From NCBI GenBank assembly GCA_964035545.1, contig OZ037771.1:10110480-10174479 (forward strand): a stretch of 64,000 bases of DNA, given 5' to 3'. Source of the stretch: Bugula neritina (Eukaryota > Animalia > Bryozoa). Under the pieces are notes generated by a model. That model had not been told where the DNA came from. It saw only the letters and a list, made by a program, of their open reading frames with translations, and searched no databases. Both the position numbers and the translations under genes were made by a program. Each line of letters starts with the position of its first letter. The stretch's first letter is position 1. Positions 46,856-61,800 of the stretch are shown piece by piece.

Positions 46856-49800
46856 AACATACTGCAACATACTAAAACATGAGCAATATACTGAAAAATG
46901 CCTCAGCATACTCAAATATACTGCAAGATGCTGCAACATACGTAAATACACTGTAACATACTGAAATACACTGCAACATACTGCAGCATACTGAAGTACA
47001 CTGTAAAATATTGAAATACACTGCAACACATTGGAATATACTGCAACACACTGAAATATACTGCAACATACTGAAATATACTGCAACATACTGCAACATA
47101 CTAAAGTGCACTGTAACATACTGTAACTTACTGAAATACACGGCAACAAACTGTAACATACTGAAACACACTGAAACATACTGAAACATACTGAAACATA
47201 CTGAGACATACTGAAATACACTGCAACATACTGAAACATACTGAAATATACTGAAATATACTAAAATACACTGGAACACATTGAAAAATACTGCAACATA
47301 CTGAAAGACACTTCAACCCACTGAAGTATAGTGTAATATACGGAAATGTACTGTAACATACTGATATTTACTGTAACACACTGAAATATACTGCAACATA
47401 CTGAAATACACTGTAACATACCGAAATAAACTGCAACATAATGCAACATACTGAATTACACTGTAACATACTAAAATACACTGCAACATTCTGCAACATA
47501 CTTCAACGTACTGAAAGACACTGTAACATAATGAAATACACTGCAACACATTGAAATATACCGCAACAGACTGGAATATACTGCAACACATCCAAGTACA
47601 TCGTAATATACGGACATGTACTGTAACATACTGGAACATACAGAAATACACTGCAACAAACTGTAACATACTGAAACACACTGAAACATACTGAAACATA
47701 CTGAAACATACTGTAACATACTGAAACACACTGAAACATACTGAAACATACTGAGACATACTGAAATACACTGCAACATACTGCAACATACTGAAATATA
47801 CTGAAATATACTGAAATACACTGTAACACATTGAAAAATACCGCAACATACTGAAAGACACTTCAACTCACTGAAGTATAGTGTAATATACGGAAATGTA
47901 CTGTAACATACTGATATTTACTGTAACACACTGAAATGAACTGCAACATACTGAAATACACTGTAACATGCCAAAATAAACTGCAACATACTGCAACATA
48001 CTGAAATACACTGTAACATACTCAAATACACTGCAACATTCTGCAACATATTGAAATATACTGCAACACACTGAAATATACTGCAACACACTGAAATATA
48101 CTGCAAAATACTGAAATATACTTCAACATACTGCAACATACTGAAAGACACTACAACTCACTGAAGTATAGTGCAATATACAGAAATGTACTCTAACATA
48201 CTGATATTTAATGTTACACACTGAAATATACTAAAACATACTGAAATACACTGTAACATACCGAAATAAGCTGCAACATACTGCAACATACTGAAATACA
48301 CTGTAACATGATGAAGTACACTGCAACACATTGAAATACACTGCAACAAACTGAAATATACTGCAACATACTGAAATGTACTGCAACATGCTGAAACTAA
48401 TTGCAACATATCGAAGTATATCGTAAAATACGGACATGTACTGTAACATACTGAAACACACTGAAACATACTGAAACATACTGAAACATACTGAAACATA
48501 CTGAGATACACTGCAACATACTGCAACATACTGAAATACACTGTAACATGATGAAATACACTGCAACACATTGGAATATACTGCAACAAACTGGAATATA
48601 CTGCAACATACTGAAATGTGCTGCAACATACTGAAATACATTACAATATATCGAAGTATATCGTAATATACGGACATGTACTGTAACATACTGAAACACA
48701 CTGAAACATACTGAAACATACTAAAATATACTGAAACATACTGAAATACACTGTAACACATTGAAAAATACTGCAACATACTGAAGGACACTTCAACTCA
48801 ATGAAGTATAGTGTAATATACAGAAATGTACTGTAACATACTGATATTTACTGTAACACACTGAAATATACTGCAACATACTGAAATACACTGTAACATA
48901 CCGAAATAAACTGCAACATAATGCAACATACTGAATTACACTGTAACATACTAAAATACACTGCAACATTCTGCAACATACTTCAACGTACTGAAAGACA
49001 CTGTAACATAATGAAATACACTGCAACACATTGAAATATACCGCAACAGACAGGAATATACTGCAACACATCCAAGTACATAGTAGTATACGGACATGTA
49101 CTGTAACATACTGGAACATACTGAAACATACTGCAACATTCTGAAGTACACTGTAAAATATTGAAATACACCGCAACAAACTGCAACATATTGAAGTACA
49201 CTGTACATATTGAAAAACACTGCAACACACTGAAATATACTGCAACACACTGAAATATACTGCAAAAAAACTGAATTATACTTCAACATACTGCAACATA
49301 CTGAAAGACACTACAACTCACTGAAGTATAGTGCAATTAAAAGAAATGTATTCTAACATACTGATATTTAATGTTACACACTGAAATATACTACAACATA
49401 CTGAAATACACTGCAACATACCGAAATAAGCTGCAACATACTGCAACATACTGAAATACACTGTAACATGATGTAGTACACTGCAACACACTGTTGCAGA
49501 CTGCAACAGACTGAAATATACTGCAAAATACTGAATTATACTTCAACATACTGCAACATACTGAAAGACACTACAACTCACTGAAGTATAGTGCAATATA
49601 CAGAAATGTACTCTAACATACTGATATTTAATGTTACACACTGAAATATACTACAACATACTGAAATACACTGTAACATACCGAAATAAGCTGCAACATA
49701 CTGCAACATACTGAAATACACTGTAACATGATGAAGTACACTGCAACACATTGAAATACACTGCAACAAACTGAAATATACTGCATCATACTGAAATGTA

Positions 49801-52800
49801 CTGCAACATACTGAAATACATTGCAACATATCGAAGTATATCGTAATAAACGGACATGTACTGAAACATACTGAAACACACTGAAACATACTGAAACATA
49901 CTGAAACATACTGAGATACACTGCAACATACTGCAACATACTGAAATACACTGTAACATGATGAAATACACTGCAACACATTGGAATATACTGCAACAAA
50001 CTGGAATATACTGCAACATACTGAAACGTGCTGCAACATACTGAAATACATTGCAATATATCGAAGTATATCGTAATATACGGACATGTACTGCAACATA
50101 CTGAAACACACTGAAACATACTGAAACATACTGAAATATACTGAAATATACTGAAATACACTGTAACACATTGAAAAATACTGCAACATACTGAAAGACA
50201 CTTCAACCCACTGAAGTATAGTGTAATATACGGAAATGTACTGTAACATACTGATATTTACTGTAACACACTGAAATATACTGCAACATACTGAAATACA
50301 CTGTAACATACCGAAATAAACTGCAAGATAATGCAACATACTGAATTACACTGTAACATACTAAAATACACTGTAACATTCTGCAACATACTTCAACGTA
50401 CTGAAAGACACTGTAACATAATGAAATACACTGCAACACATTGAAATATACCGCAACAGACTGGAATATACTGCAACACATCCAAGTACATCGTAATATA
50501 CGGACATGTACTGTAACATACTGGAACATACTGAAATACACTGCAACAAACTGTAACATACTGAAACACACTGAAACATACTGAAACATGCTGAAACATA
50601 CTGTAACATACTGAAACACACTGAAACATACTGAAACATACTGAGACATACTGAAATACACCGCAACATACTGCAACATACTGAAATATACTGAAATATA
50701 CTGAAATACACTGTAACACATTGAAAAATACCGCAACATACTGAAAGACACTTCAACTCACTGAAGTATAGTGTAATATACGGAAATGTACTGTAACATA
50801 CTGATATTTACTGTAACACACTGAAATGAACTGCAACATACTGAAATACACTGTTACATGCCAAAATAAACTGCAACATACTGCAACATACTGAAATACA
50901 CTGTAACATACTCAAATACACTGCAACATTCTGCAACATATTGAAATATACTGCAACACACTGAAATATACTGCAACACACTGAAATATACTGCAAAATA
51001 CTGAAATATACTTCAACATACTGCAACATACTGAAAGACACTACAACTCACTGAAGTATAGTGCAATATACAGAAATGTACTCTAACATACTGATATTTA
51101 ATGTTACACACTGAAATATACTAAAACATACTGAAATACACTGTAACACACCGAAATAAGCTGCAACATACTGCAACATACTGAAATACACCGTAACATG
51201 ATGAAGTACACTGCAACACATTGAAATACACTGCAACAAACTGAAATATACTGCAACATACTGAAATGCACTGCAACATACTGAAATACATTGCAACATA
51301 TCGAAGTATATCGTAATAAATGGACATGTACTGAAACATACTGAAACATACTGAAACATACTGAAACATACTGAAACATACTGAAATACACTGTAACAAA
51401 CTGAAATACACTGCAACAAGTTGGAATATACTGCAACATACCCAAGTATATGGTAATATAATGAAATGTACTGCAACATACCGCAACATACTCAAAAACA
51501 CTGTAACAAACTGAAATACGCTGCAACACATTGGAATAAACTGCGACATATCGAAATAAATGGTAATATACTGAAATATATTGAAATACACTGTAACACA
51601 TTGAAAAATACTGCAACATACTGAAACACACTACAACTCGCTGAAGTATAGTGTAACTTACTGAAATGTACTGTAACATAATGATATTTACTGCAACACA
51701 CTGAAACATACTGCAACATACCGAAATACACTGTTACATACTAAAATACACTGCAACATACTAAAATACACTGCAACAACCTGCAACATTCTGCAACATA
51801 CTTCAACATACTGAAAAACACTGTAACAAACTGAAATACGCTGCAACACATTGGAATATACTGCAACATACCCAAATAAATGGTAACATACTGAAATATA
51901 CTGAAATACAATGTAACACATTGAAAAATACTGCAACACACTGAAAGACACTACAACTCACTGAAGTATAGTGTAATATATGAAAACGTACTGTAACATA
52001 CTGATATTTACTGCAACACACTGAAATATACTGCAACATACTGAAATACACTGTTACATGCCAAAATAAACTGCAACATACTGCAACATACTGAAATACA
52101 CTGTAACATACTCAAATACACGGCAACATTCTGCAACATATTGAAATATACTGCAACACACTGAAATATACTGCAACACATCCAAGTAGACTGTAATATA
52201 CGGACATGTACTGTAACATACTGAAACAAAATGAAATATACTGTAACACTCTGAGTAATACTGCAAAATGCTGAAATATACTGTAACACAGTGAAGTATA
52301 CTGCAAAATTCTGAAACATACTGCAACATACTAAAACATGAGCAATATACTGAAAAATGCCTCAGCATACTCAAATATACTGCAAGATGCTGCAACATAC
52401 GTAAATACACTGTAACATACTGAAATACACTGCAACATACTGCAGCATACTGAAGTACACTGTAAAATATTGAAATACACTGCAACACATTGGAATATAC
52501 TGCAACACACTGAAATATACTGCAACATACTGAAATATACTGCAACATACTGCAACATACTAAAGTGCACTGTAACATACTGTAACTTACTGAAATACAC
52601 GGCAACAAACTGTAACATACTGAAACACACTGAAACATACTGAAACATACTGAAACATACTGAGACATACTGAAATACACTGCAACATACTGAAACATAC
52701 TGAAATATACTGAAATATACTAAAATACACTGGAACACATTGAAAAATACTGCAACATACTGAAAGACACTTCAACCCACTGAAGTATAGTGTAATATAC

Positions 52801-55800
52801 GGAAATGTACTGTAACATACTGATATTTACTGTAACACACTGAAATATACTGCAACATACTGAAATACACTGTAACATACCGAAATAAACTGCAACATAA
52901 TGCAACATACTGAATTACACTGTAACATACTAAAATACACTGCAACATTCTGCAACATACTTCAACGTACTGAAAGACACTGTAACATAATGAAATACAC
53001 TGCAACACATTGAAATATACCGCAACAGACTGGAATATACTGCAACACATCCAAGTACATCGTAATATACGGACATGTACTGTAACATACTGGAACATAC
53101 TGAAATACACTGCAACAAACTGTAACATACTGAAACACACTGAAACATACTGAAACATACTGAAACATACTGTAACATACTGAAACACACTGAAACATAC
53201 TGAAACATACTGAGACATACTGAAATACACTGCAACATACTGCAACATACTGAAATATACTGAAATATACTGAAATACACTGTAACACATTGAAAAATAC
53301 CGCAACATACTGAAAGACACTTCAACTCACTGAAGTATAGTGTAATATACGGAAATGTACTGTAACATACTGATATTTACTGTAACACACTGAAATGAAC
53401 TGCAACATACTGAAATACACTGTAACATGCCAAAATAAACTGCAACATACTGCAACATACTGAAATACACTGTAACATACTCAAATACACTGCAACATTC
53501 TGCAACATATTGAAATATACTGCAACACACTGAAATATACTGCAACACACTGAAATATACTGCAAAATACTGAAATATACTTCAACATACTGCAACATAC
53601 TGAAAGACACTACAACTCACTGAAGTATAGTGCAATATACAGAAATGTACTCTAACATACTGATATTTAATGTTACACACTGAAATATACTAAAACATAC
53701 TGAAATACACTGTAACATACCGAAATAAGCTGCAACATACTGCAACATACTGAAATACACTGTAACATGATGAAGTACACTGCAACACATTGAAATACAC
53801 TGCAACAAACTGAAATATACTGCAACATACTGAAATGTACTGCAACATGCTGAAACTAATTGCAACATATCGAAGTATATCGTAAAATACGGACATGTAC
53901 TGTAACATACTGAAACACACTGAAACATACTGAAACATACTGAAACATACTGAAACATACTGAGATACACTGCAACATACTGCAACATACTGAAATACAC
54001 TGTAACATGATGAAATACACTGCAACACATTGGAATATACTGCAACAAACTGGAATATACTGCAACATACTGAAATGTGCTGCAACATACTGAAATACAT
54101 TACAATATATCGAAGTATATCGTAATATACGGACATGTACTGTAACATACTGAAACACACTGAAACATACTGAAACATACTAAAATATACTGAAACATAC
54201 TGAAATACACTGTAACACATTGAAAAATACTGCAACATACTGAAGGACACTTCAACTCAATGAAGTATAGTGTAATATACAGAAATGTACTGTAACATAC
54301 TGATATTTACTGTAACACACTGAAATATACTGCAACATACTGAAATACACTGTAACATACCGAAATAAACTGCAACATAATGCAACATACTGAATTACAC
54401 TGTAACATACTAAAATACACTGCAACATTCTGCAACATACTTCAACGTACTGAAAGACACTGTAACATAATGAAATACACTGCAACACATTGAAATATAC
54501 CGCAACAGACAGGAATATACTGCAACACATCCAAGTACATAGTAGTATACGGACATGTACTGTAACATACTGGAACATACTGAAACATACTGCAACATTC
54601 TGAAGTACACTGTAAAATATTGAAATACACCGCAACAAACTGCAACATATTGAAGTACACTGTACATATTGAAAAACACTGCAACACACTGAAATATACT
54701 GCAACACACTGAAATATACTGCAAAAAAACTGAATTATACTTCAACATACTGCAACATACTGAAAGACACTACAACTCACTGAAGTATAGTGCAATTAAA
54801 AGAAATGTATTCTAACATACTGATATTTAATGTTACACACTGAAATATACTACAACATACTGAAATACACTGCAACATACCGAAATAAGCTGCAACATAC
54901 TGCAACATACTGAAATACACTGTAACATGATGTAGTACACTGCAACACATTGAAATATACTGCAACAGACTGAAATATACTGCAAAATACTGAATTATAC
55001 TTCAACATACTGCAACATACTGAAAGACACTACAACTCACTGAAGTATAGTGCAATATACAGAAATGTACTCTAACATACTGATATTTAATGTTACACAC
55101 TGAAATATACTACAACATACTGAAATACACTGTAACATACCGAAATAAGCTGCAACATACTGCAACATACTGAAATACACTGTAACATGATGAAGTACAC
55201 TGCAACACATTGAAATACACTGCAACAAACTGAAATATACTGCATCATACTGAAATGTACTGCAACATACTGAAATACATTGCAACATATCGAAGTATAT
55301 CGTAATAAACGGACATGTACTGAAACATACTGAAACACACTGAAACATACTGAAACATACTGAAACATACTGAGATACACTGCAACATACTGCAACATAC
55401 TGAAATACACTGTAACATGATGAAATACACTGCAACACATTGGAATATACTGCAACAAACTGGAATATACTGCAACATACTGAAACGTGCTGCAACATAC
55501 TGAAATACATTGCAATATATCGAAGTATATCGTAATATACGGACATGTACTGCAACATACTGAAACACACTGAAACATACTGAAACATACTGAAATATAC
55601 TGAAATATACTGAAATACACTGTAACACATTGAAAAATACTGCAACATACTGAAAGACACTTCAACCCACTGAAGTATAGTGTAATATACGGAAATGTAC
55701 TGTAACATACTGATATTTACTGTAACACACTGAAATATACTGCAACATACTGAAATACACTGTAACATACCGAAATAAACTGCAAGATAATGCAACATAC

Positions 55801-58800
55801 TGAATTACACTGTAACATACTAAAATACACTGTAACATTCTGCAACATACTTCAACGTACTGAAAGACACTGTAACATAATGAAATACACTGCAACACAT
55901 TGAAATATACCGCAACAGACTGGAATATACTGCAACACATCCAAGTACATCGTAATATACGGACATGTACTGTAACATACTGGAACATACTGAAATACAC
56001 TGCAACAAACTGTAACATACTGAAACACACTGAAACATACTGAAACATGCTGAAACATACTGTAACATACTGAAACACACTGAAACATACTGAAACATAC
56101 TGAGACATACTGAAATACACCGCAACATACTGCAACATACTGAAATATACTGAAATATACTGAAATACACTGTAACACATTGAAAAATACCGCAACATAC
56201 TGAAAGACACTTCAACTCACTGAAGTATAGTGTAATATACGGAAATGTACTGTAACATACTGATATTTACTGTAACACACTGAAATGAACTGCAACATAC
56301 TGAAATACACTGTTACATGCCAAAATAAACTGCAACATACTGCAACATACTGAAATACACTGTAACATACTCAAATACACTGCAACATTCTGCAACATAT
56401 TGAAATATACTGCAACACACTGAAATATACTGCAACACACTGAAATATACTGCAAAATACTGAAATATACTTCAACATACTGCAACATACTGAAAGACAC
56501 TACAACTCACTGAAGTATAGTGCAATATACAGAAATGTACTCTAACATACTGATATTTAATGTTACACACTGAAATATACTAAAACATACTGAAATACAC
56601 TGTAACACACCGAAATAAGCTGCAACATACTGCAACATACTGAAATACACCGTAACATGATGAAGTACACTGCAACACATTGAAATACACTGCAACAAAC
56701 TGAAATATACTGCAACATACTGAAATGCACTGCAACATACTGAAATACATTGCAACATATCGAAGTATATCGTAATAAATGGACATGTACTGAAACATAC
56801 TGAAACATACTGAAACATACTGAAACATACTGAAACATACTGAAATACACTGTAACAAACTGAAATACACTGCAACAAGTTGGAATATACTGCAACATAC
56901 CCAAGTATATGGTAATATAATGAAATGTACTGCAACATACCGCAACATACTCAAAAACACTGTAACAAACTGAAATACGCTGCAACACATTGGAATAAAC
57001 TGCGACATATCGAAATAAATGGTAATATACTGAAATATATTGAAATACACTGTAACACATTGAAAAATACTGCAACATACTGAAACACACTACAACTCGC
57101 TGAAGTATAGTGTAACTTACTGAAATGTACTGTAACATAATGATATTTACTGCAACACACTGAAACATACTGCAACATACCGAAATACACTGTTACATAC
57201 TAAAATACACTGCAACATACTAAAATACACTGCAACAACCTGCAACATTCTGCAACATACTTCAACATACTGAAAAACACTGTAACAAACTGAAATACGC
57301 TGCAACACATTGGAATATACTGCAACATACCCAAATAAATGGTAACATACTGAAATATACTGAAATACAATGTAACACATTGAAAAATACTGCAACACAC
57401 TGAAAGACACTACAACTCACTGAAGTATAGTGTAATATATGAAAACGTACTGTAACATACTGATATTTACTGCAACACACTGAAATATACTGCAACATAC
57501 TGAAATACACTGTTACATGCCAAAATAAACTGCAACATACTGCAACATACTGAAATACACTGTAACATACTCAAATACACGGCAACATTCTGCAACATAT
57601 TGAAATATACTGCAACACACTGAAATATACTGCAACACATCCAAGTAGACTGTAATATACGGACATGTACTGTAACATACTGAAACAAAATGAAATATAC
57701 TGTAACACTCTGAGTAATACTGCAAAATGCTGAAATATACTGTAACACAGTGAAGTATACTGCAAAATTCTGAAACATACTGCAACATACTAAAACATGA
57801 GCAATATACTGAAAAATGCCTCAGCATACTCAAATATACTGCAAGATGCTGCAACATACGTAAATACACTGTAACATACTGAAATACACTGCAACATACT
57901 GCAGCATACTGAAGTACACTGTAAAATATTGAAATACACTGCAACACATTGGAATATACTGCAACACACTGAAATATACTGCAACATACTGAAATATACT
58001 GCAACATACTGCAACATACTAAAGTGCACTGTAACATACTGTAACTTACTGAAATACACGGCAACAAACTGTAACATACTGAAACACACTGAAACATACT
58101 GAAACATACTGAAACATACTGAGACATACTGAAATACACTGCAACATACTGAAACATACTGAAATATACTGAAATATACTAAAATACACTGGAACACATT
58201 GAAAAATACTGCAACATACTGAAAGACACTTCAACCCACTGAAGTATAGTGTAATATACGGAAATGTACTGTAACATACTGATATTTACTGTAACACACT
58301 GAAATATACTGCAACATACTGAAATACACTGTAACATACCGAAATAAACTGCAACATAATGCAACATACTGAATTACACTGTAACATACTAAAATACACT
58401 GCAACATTCTGCAACATACTTCAACGTACTGAAAGACACTGTAACATAATGAAATACACTGCAACACATTGAAATATACCGCAACAGACTGGAATATACT
58501 GCAACACATCCAAGTACATCGTAATATACGGACATGTACTGTAACATACTGGAACATACTGAAATACACTGCAACAAACTGTAACATACTGAAACACACT
58601 GAAACATACTGAAACATACTGAAACATACTGTAACATACTGAAACACACTGAAACATACTGAAACATACTGAGACATACTGAAATACACTGCAACATACT
58701 GCAACATACTGAAATATACTGAAATATACTGAAATACACTGTAACACATTGAAAAATACCGCAACATACTGAAAGACACTTCAACTCACTGAAGTATAGT

Positions 58801-61800
58801 GTAATATACGGAAATGTACTGTAACATACTGATATTTACTGTAACACACTGAAATGAACTGCAACATACTGAAATACACTGTAACATGCCAAAATAAACT
58901 GCAACATACTGCAACATACTGAAATACACTGTAACATACTCAAATACACTGCAACATTCTGCAACATATTGAAATATACTGCAACACACTGAAATATACT
59001 GCAACACACTGAAATATACTGCAAAATACTGAAATATACTTCAACATACTGCAACATACTGAAAGACACTACAACTCACTGAAGTATAGTGCAATATACA
59101 GAAATGTACTCTAACATACTGATATTTAATGTTACACACTGAAATATACTAAAACATACTGAAATACACTGTAACATACCGAAATAAGCTGCAACATACT
59201 GCAACATACTGAAATACACTGTAACATGATGAAGTACACTGCAACACATTGAAATACACTGCAACAAACTGAAATATACTGCAACATACTGAAATGTACT
59301 GCAACATGCTGAAACTAATTGCAACATATCGAAGTATATCGTAAAATACGGACATGTACTGTAACATACTGAAACACACTGAAACATACTGAAACATACT
59401 GAAACATACTGAAACATACTGAGATACACTGCAACATACTGCAACATACTGAAATACACTGTAACATGATGAAATACACTGCAACACATTGGAATATACT
59501 GCAACAAACTGGAATATACTGCAACATACTGAAATGTGCTGCAACATACTGAAATACATTACAATATATCGAAGTATATCGTAATATACGGACATGTACT
59601 GTAACATACTGAAACACACTGAAACATACTGAAACATACTAAAATATACTGAAACATACTGAAATACACTGTAACACATTGAAAAATACTGCAACATACT
59701 GAAGGACACTTCAACTCAATGAAGTATAGTGTAATATACAGAAATGTACTGTAACATACTGATATTTACTGTAACACACTGAAATATACTGCAACATACT
59801 GAAATACACTGTAACATACCGAAATAAACTGCAACATAATGCAACATACTGAATTACACTGTAACATACTAAAATACACTGCAACATTCTGCAACATACT
59901 TCAACGTACTGAAAGACACTGTAACATAATGAAATACACTGCAACACATTGAAATATACCGCAACAGACAGGAATATACTGCAACACATCCAAGTACATA
60001 GTAGTATACGGACATGTACTGTAACATACTGGAACATACTGAAACATACTGCAACATTCTGAAGTACACTGTAAAATATTGAAATACACCGCAACAAACT
60101 GCAACATATTGAAGTACACTGTACATATTGAAAAACACTGCAACACACTGAAATATACTGCAACACACTGAAATATACTGCAAAAAAACTGAATTATACT
60201 TCAACATACTGCAACATACTGAAAGACACTACAACTCACTGAAGTATAGTGCAATTAAAAGAAATGTATTCTAACATACTGATATTTAATGTTACACACT
60301 GAAATATACTACAACATACTGAAATACACTGCAACATACCGAAATAAGCTGCAACATACTGCAACATACTGAAATACACTGTAACATGATGTAGTACACT
60401 GCAACACATTGAAATATACTGCAACAGACTGAAATATACTGCAAAATACTGAATTATACTTCAACATACTGCAACATACTGAAAGACACTACAACTCACT
60501 GAAGTATAGTGCAATATACAGAAATGTACTCTAACATACTGATATTTAATGTTACACACTGAAATATACTACAACATACTGAAATACACTGTAACATACC
60601 GAAATAAGCTGCAACATACTGCAACATACTGAAATACACTGTAACATGATGAAGTACACTGCAACACATTGAAATACACTGCAACAAACTGAAATATACT
60701 GCATCATACTGAAATGTACTGCAACATACTGAAATACATTGCAACATATCGAAGTATATCGTAATAAACGGACATGTACTGAAACATACTGAAACACACT
60801 GAAACATACTGAAACATACTGAAACATACTGAGATACACTGCAACATACTGCAACATACTGAAATACACTGTAACATGATGAAATACACTGCAACACATT
60901 GGAATATACTGCAACAAACTGGAATATACTGCAACATACTGAAACGTGCTGCAACATACTGAAATACATTGCAATATATCGAAGTATATCGTAATATACG
61001 GACATGTACTGCAACATACTGAAACACACTGAAACATACTGAAACATACTGAAATATACTGAAATATACTGAAATACACTGTAACACATTGAAAAATACT
61101 GCAACATACTGAAAGACACTTCAACCCACTGAAGTATAGTGTAATATACGGAAATGTACTGTAACATACTGATATTTACTGTAACACACTGAAATATACT
61201 GCAACATACTGAAATACACTGTAACATACCGAAATAAACTGCAAGATAATGCAACATACTGAATTACACTGTAACATACTAAAATACACTGTAACATTCT
61301 GCAACATACTTCAACGTACTGAAAGACACTGTAACATAATGAAATACACTGCAACACATTGAAATATACCGCAACAGACTGGAATATACTGCAACACATC
61401 CAAGTACATCGTAATATACGGACATGTACTGTAACATACTGGAACATACTGAAATACACTGCAACAAACTGTAACATACTGAAACACACTGAAACATACT
61501 GAAACATGCTGAAACATACTGTAACATACTGAAACACACTGAAACATACTGAAACATACTGAGACATACTGAAATACACCGCAACATACTGCAACATACT
61601 GAAATATACTGAAATATACTGAAATACACTGTAACACATTGAAAAATACCGCAACATACTGAAAGACACTTCAACTCACTGAAGTATAGTGTAATATACG
61701 GAAATGTACTGTAACATACTGATATTTACTGTAACACACTGAAATGAACTGCAACATACTGAAATACACTGTTACATGCCAAAATAAACTGCAACATACT

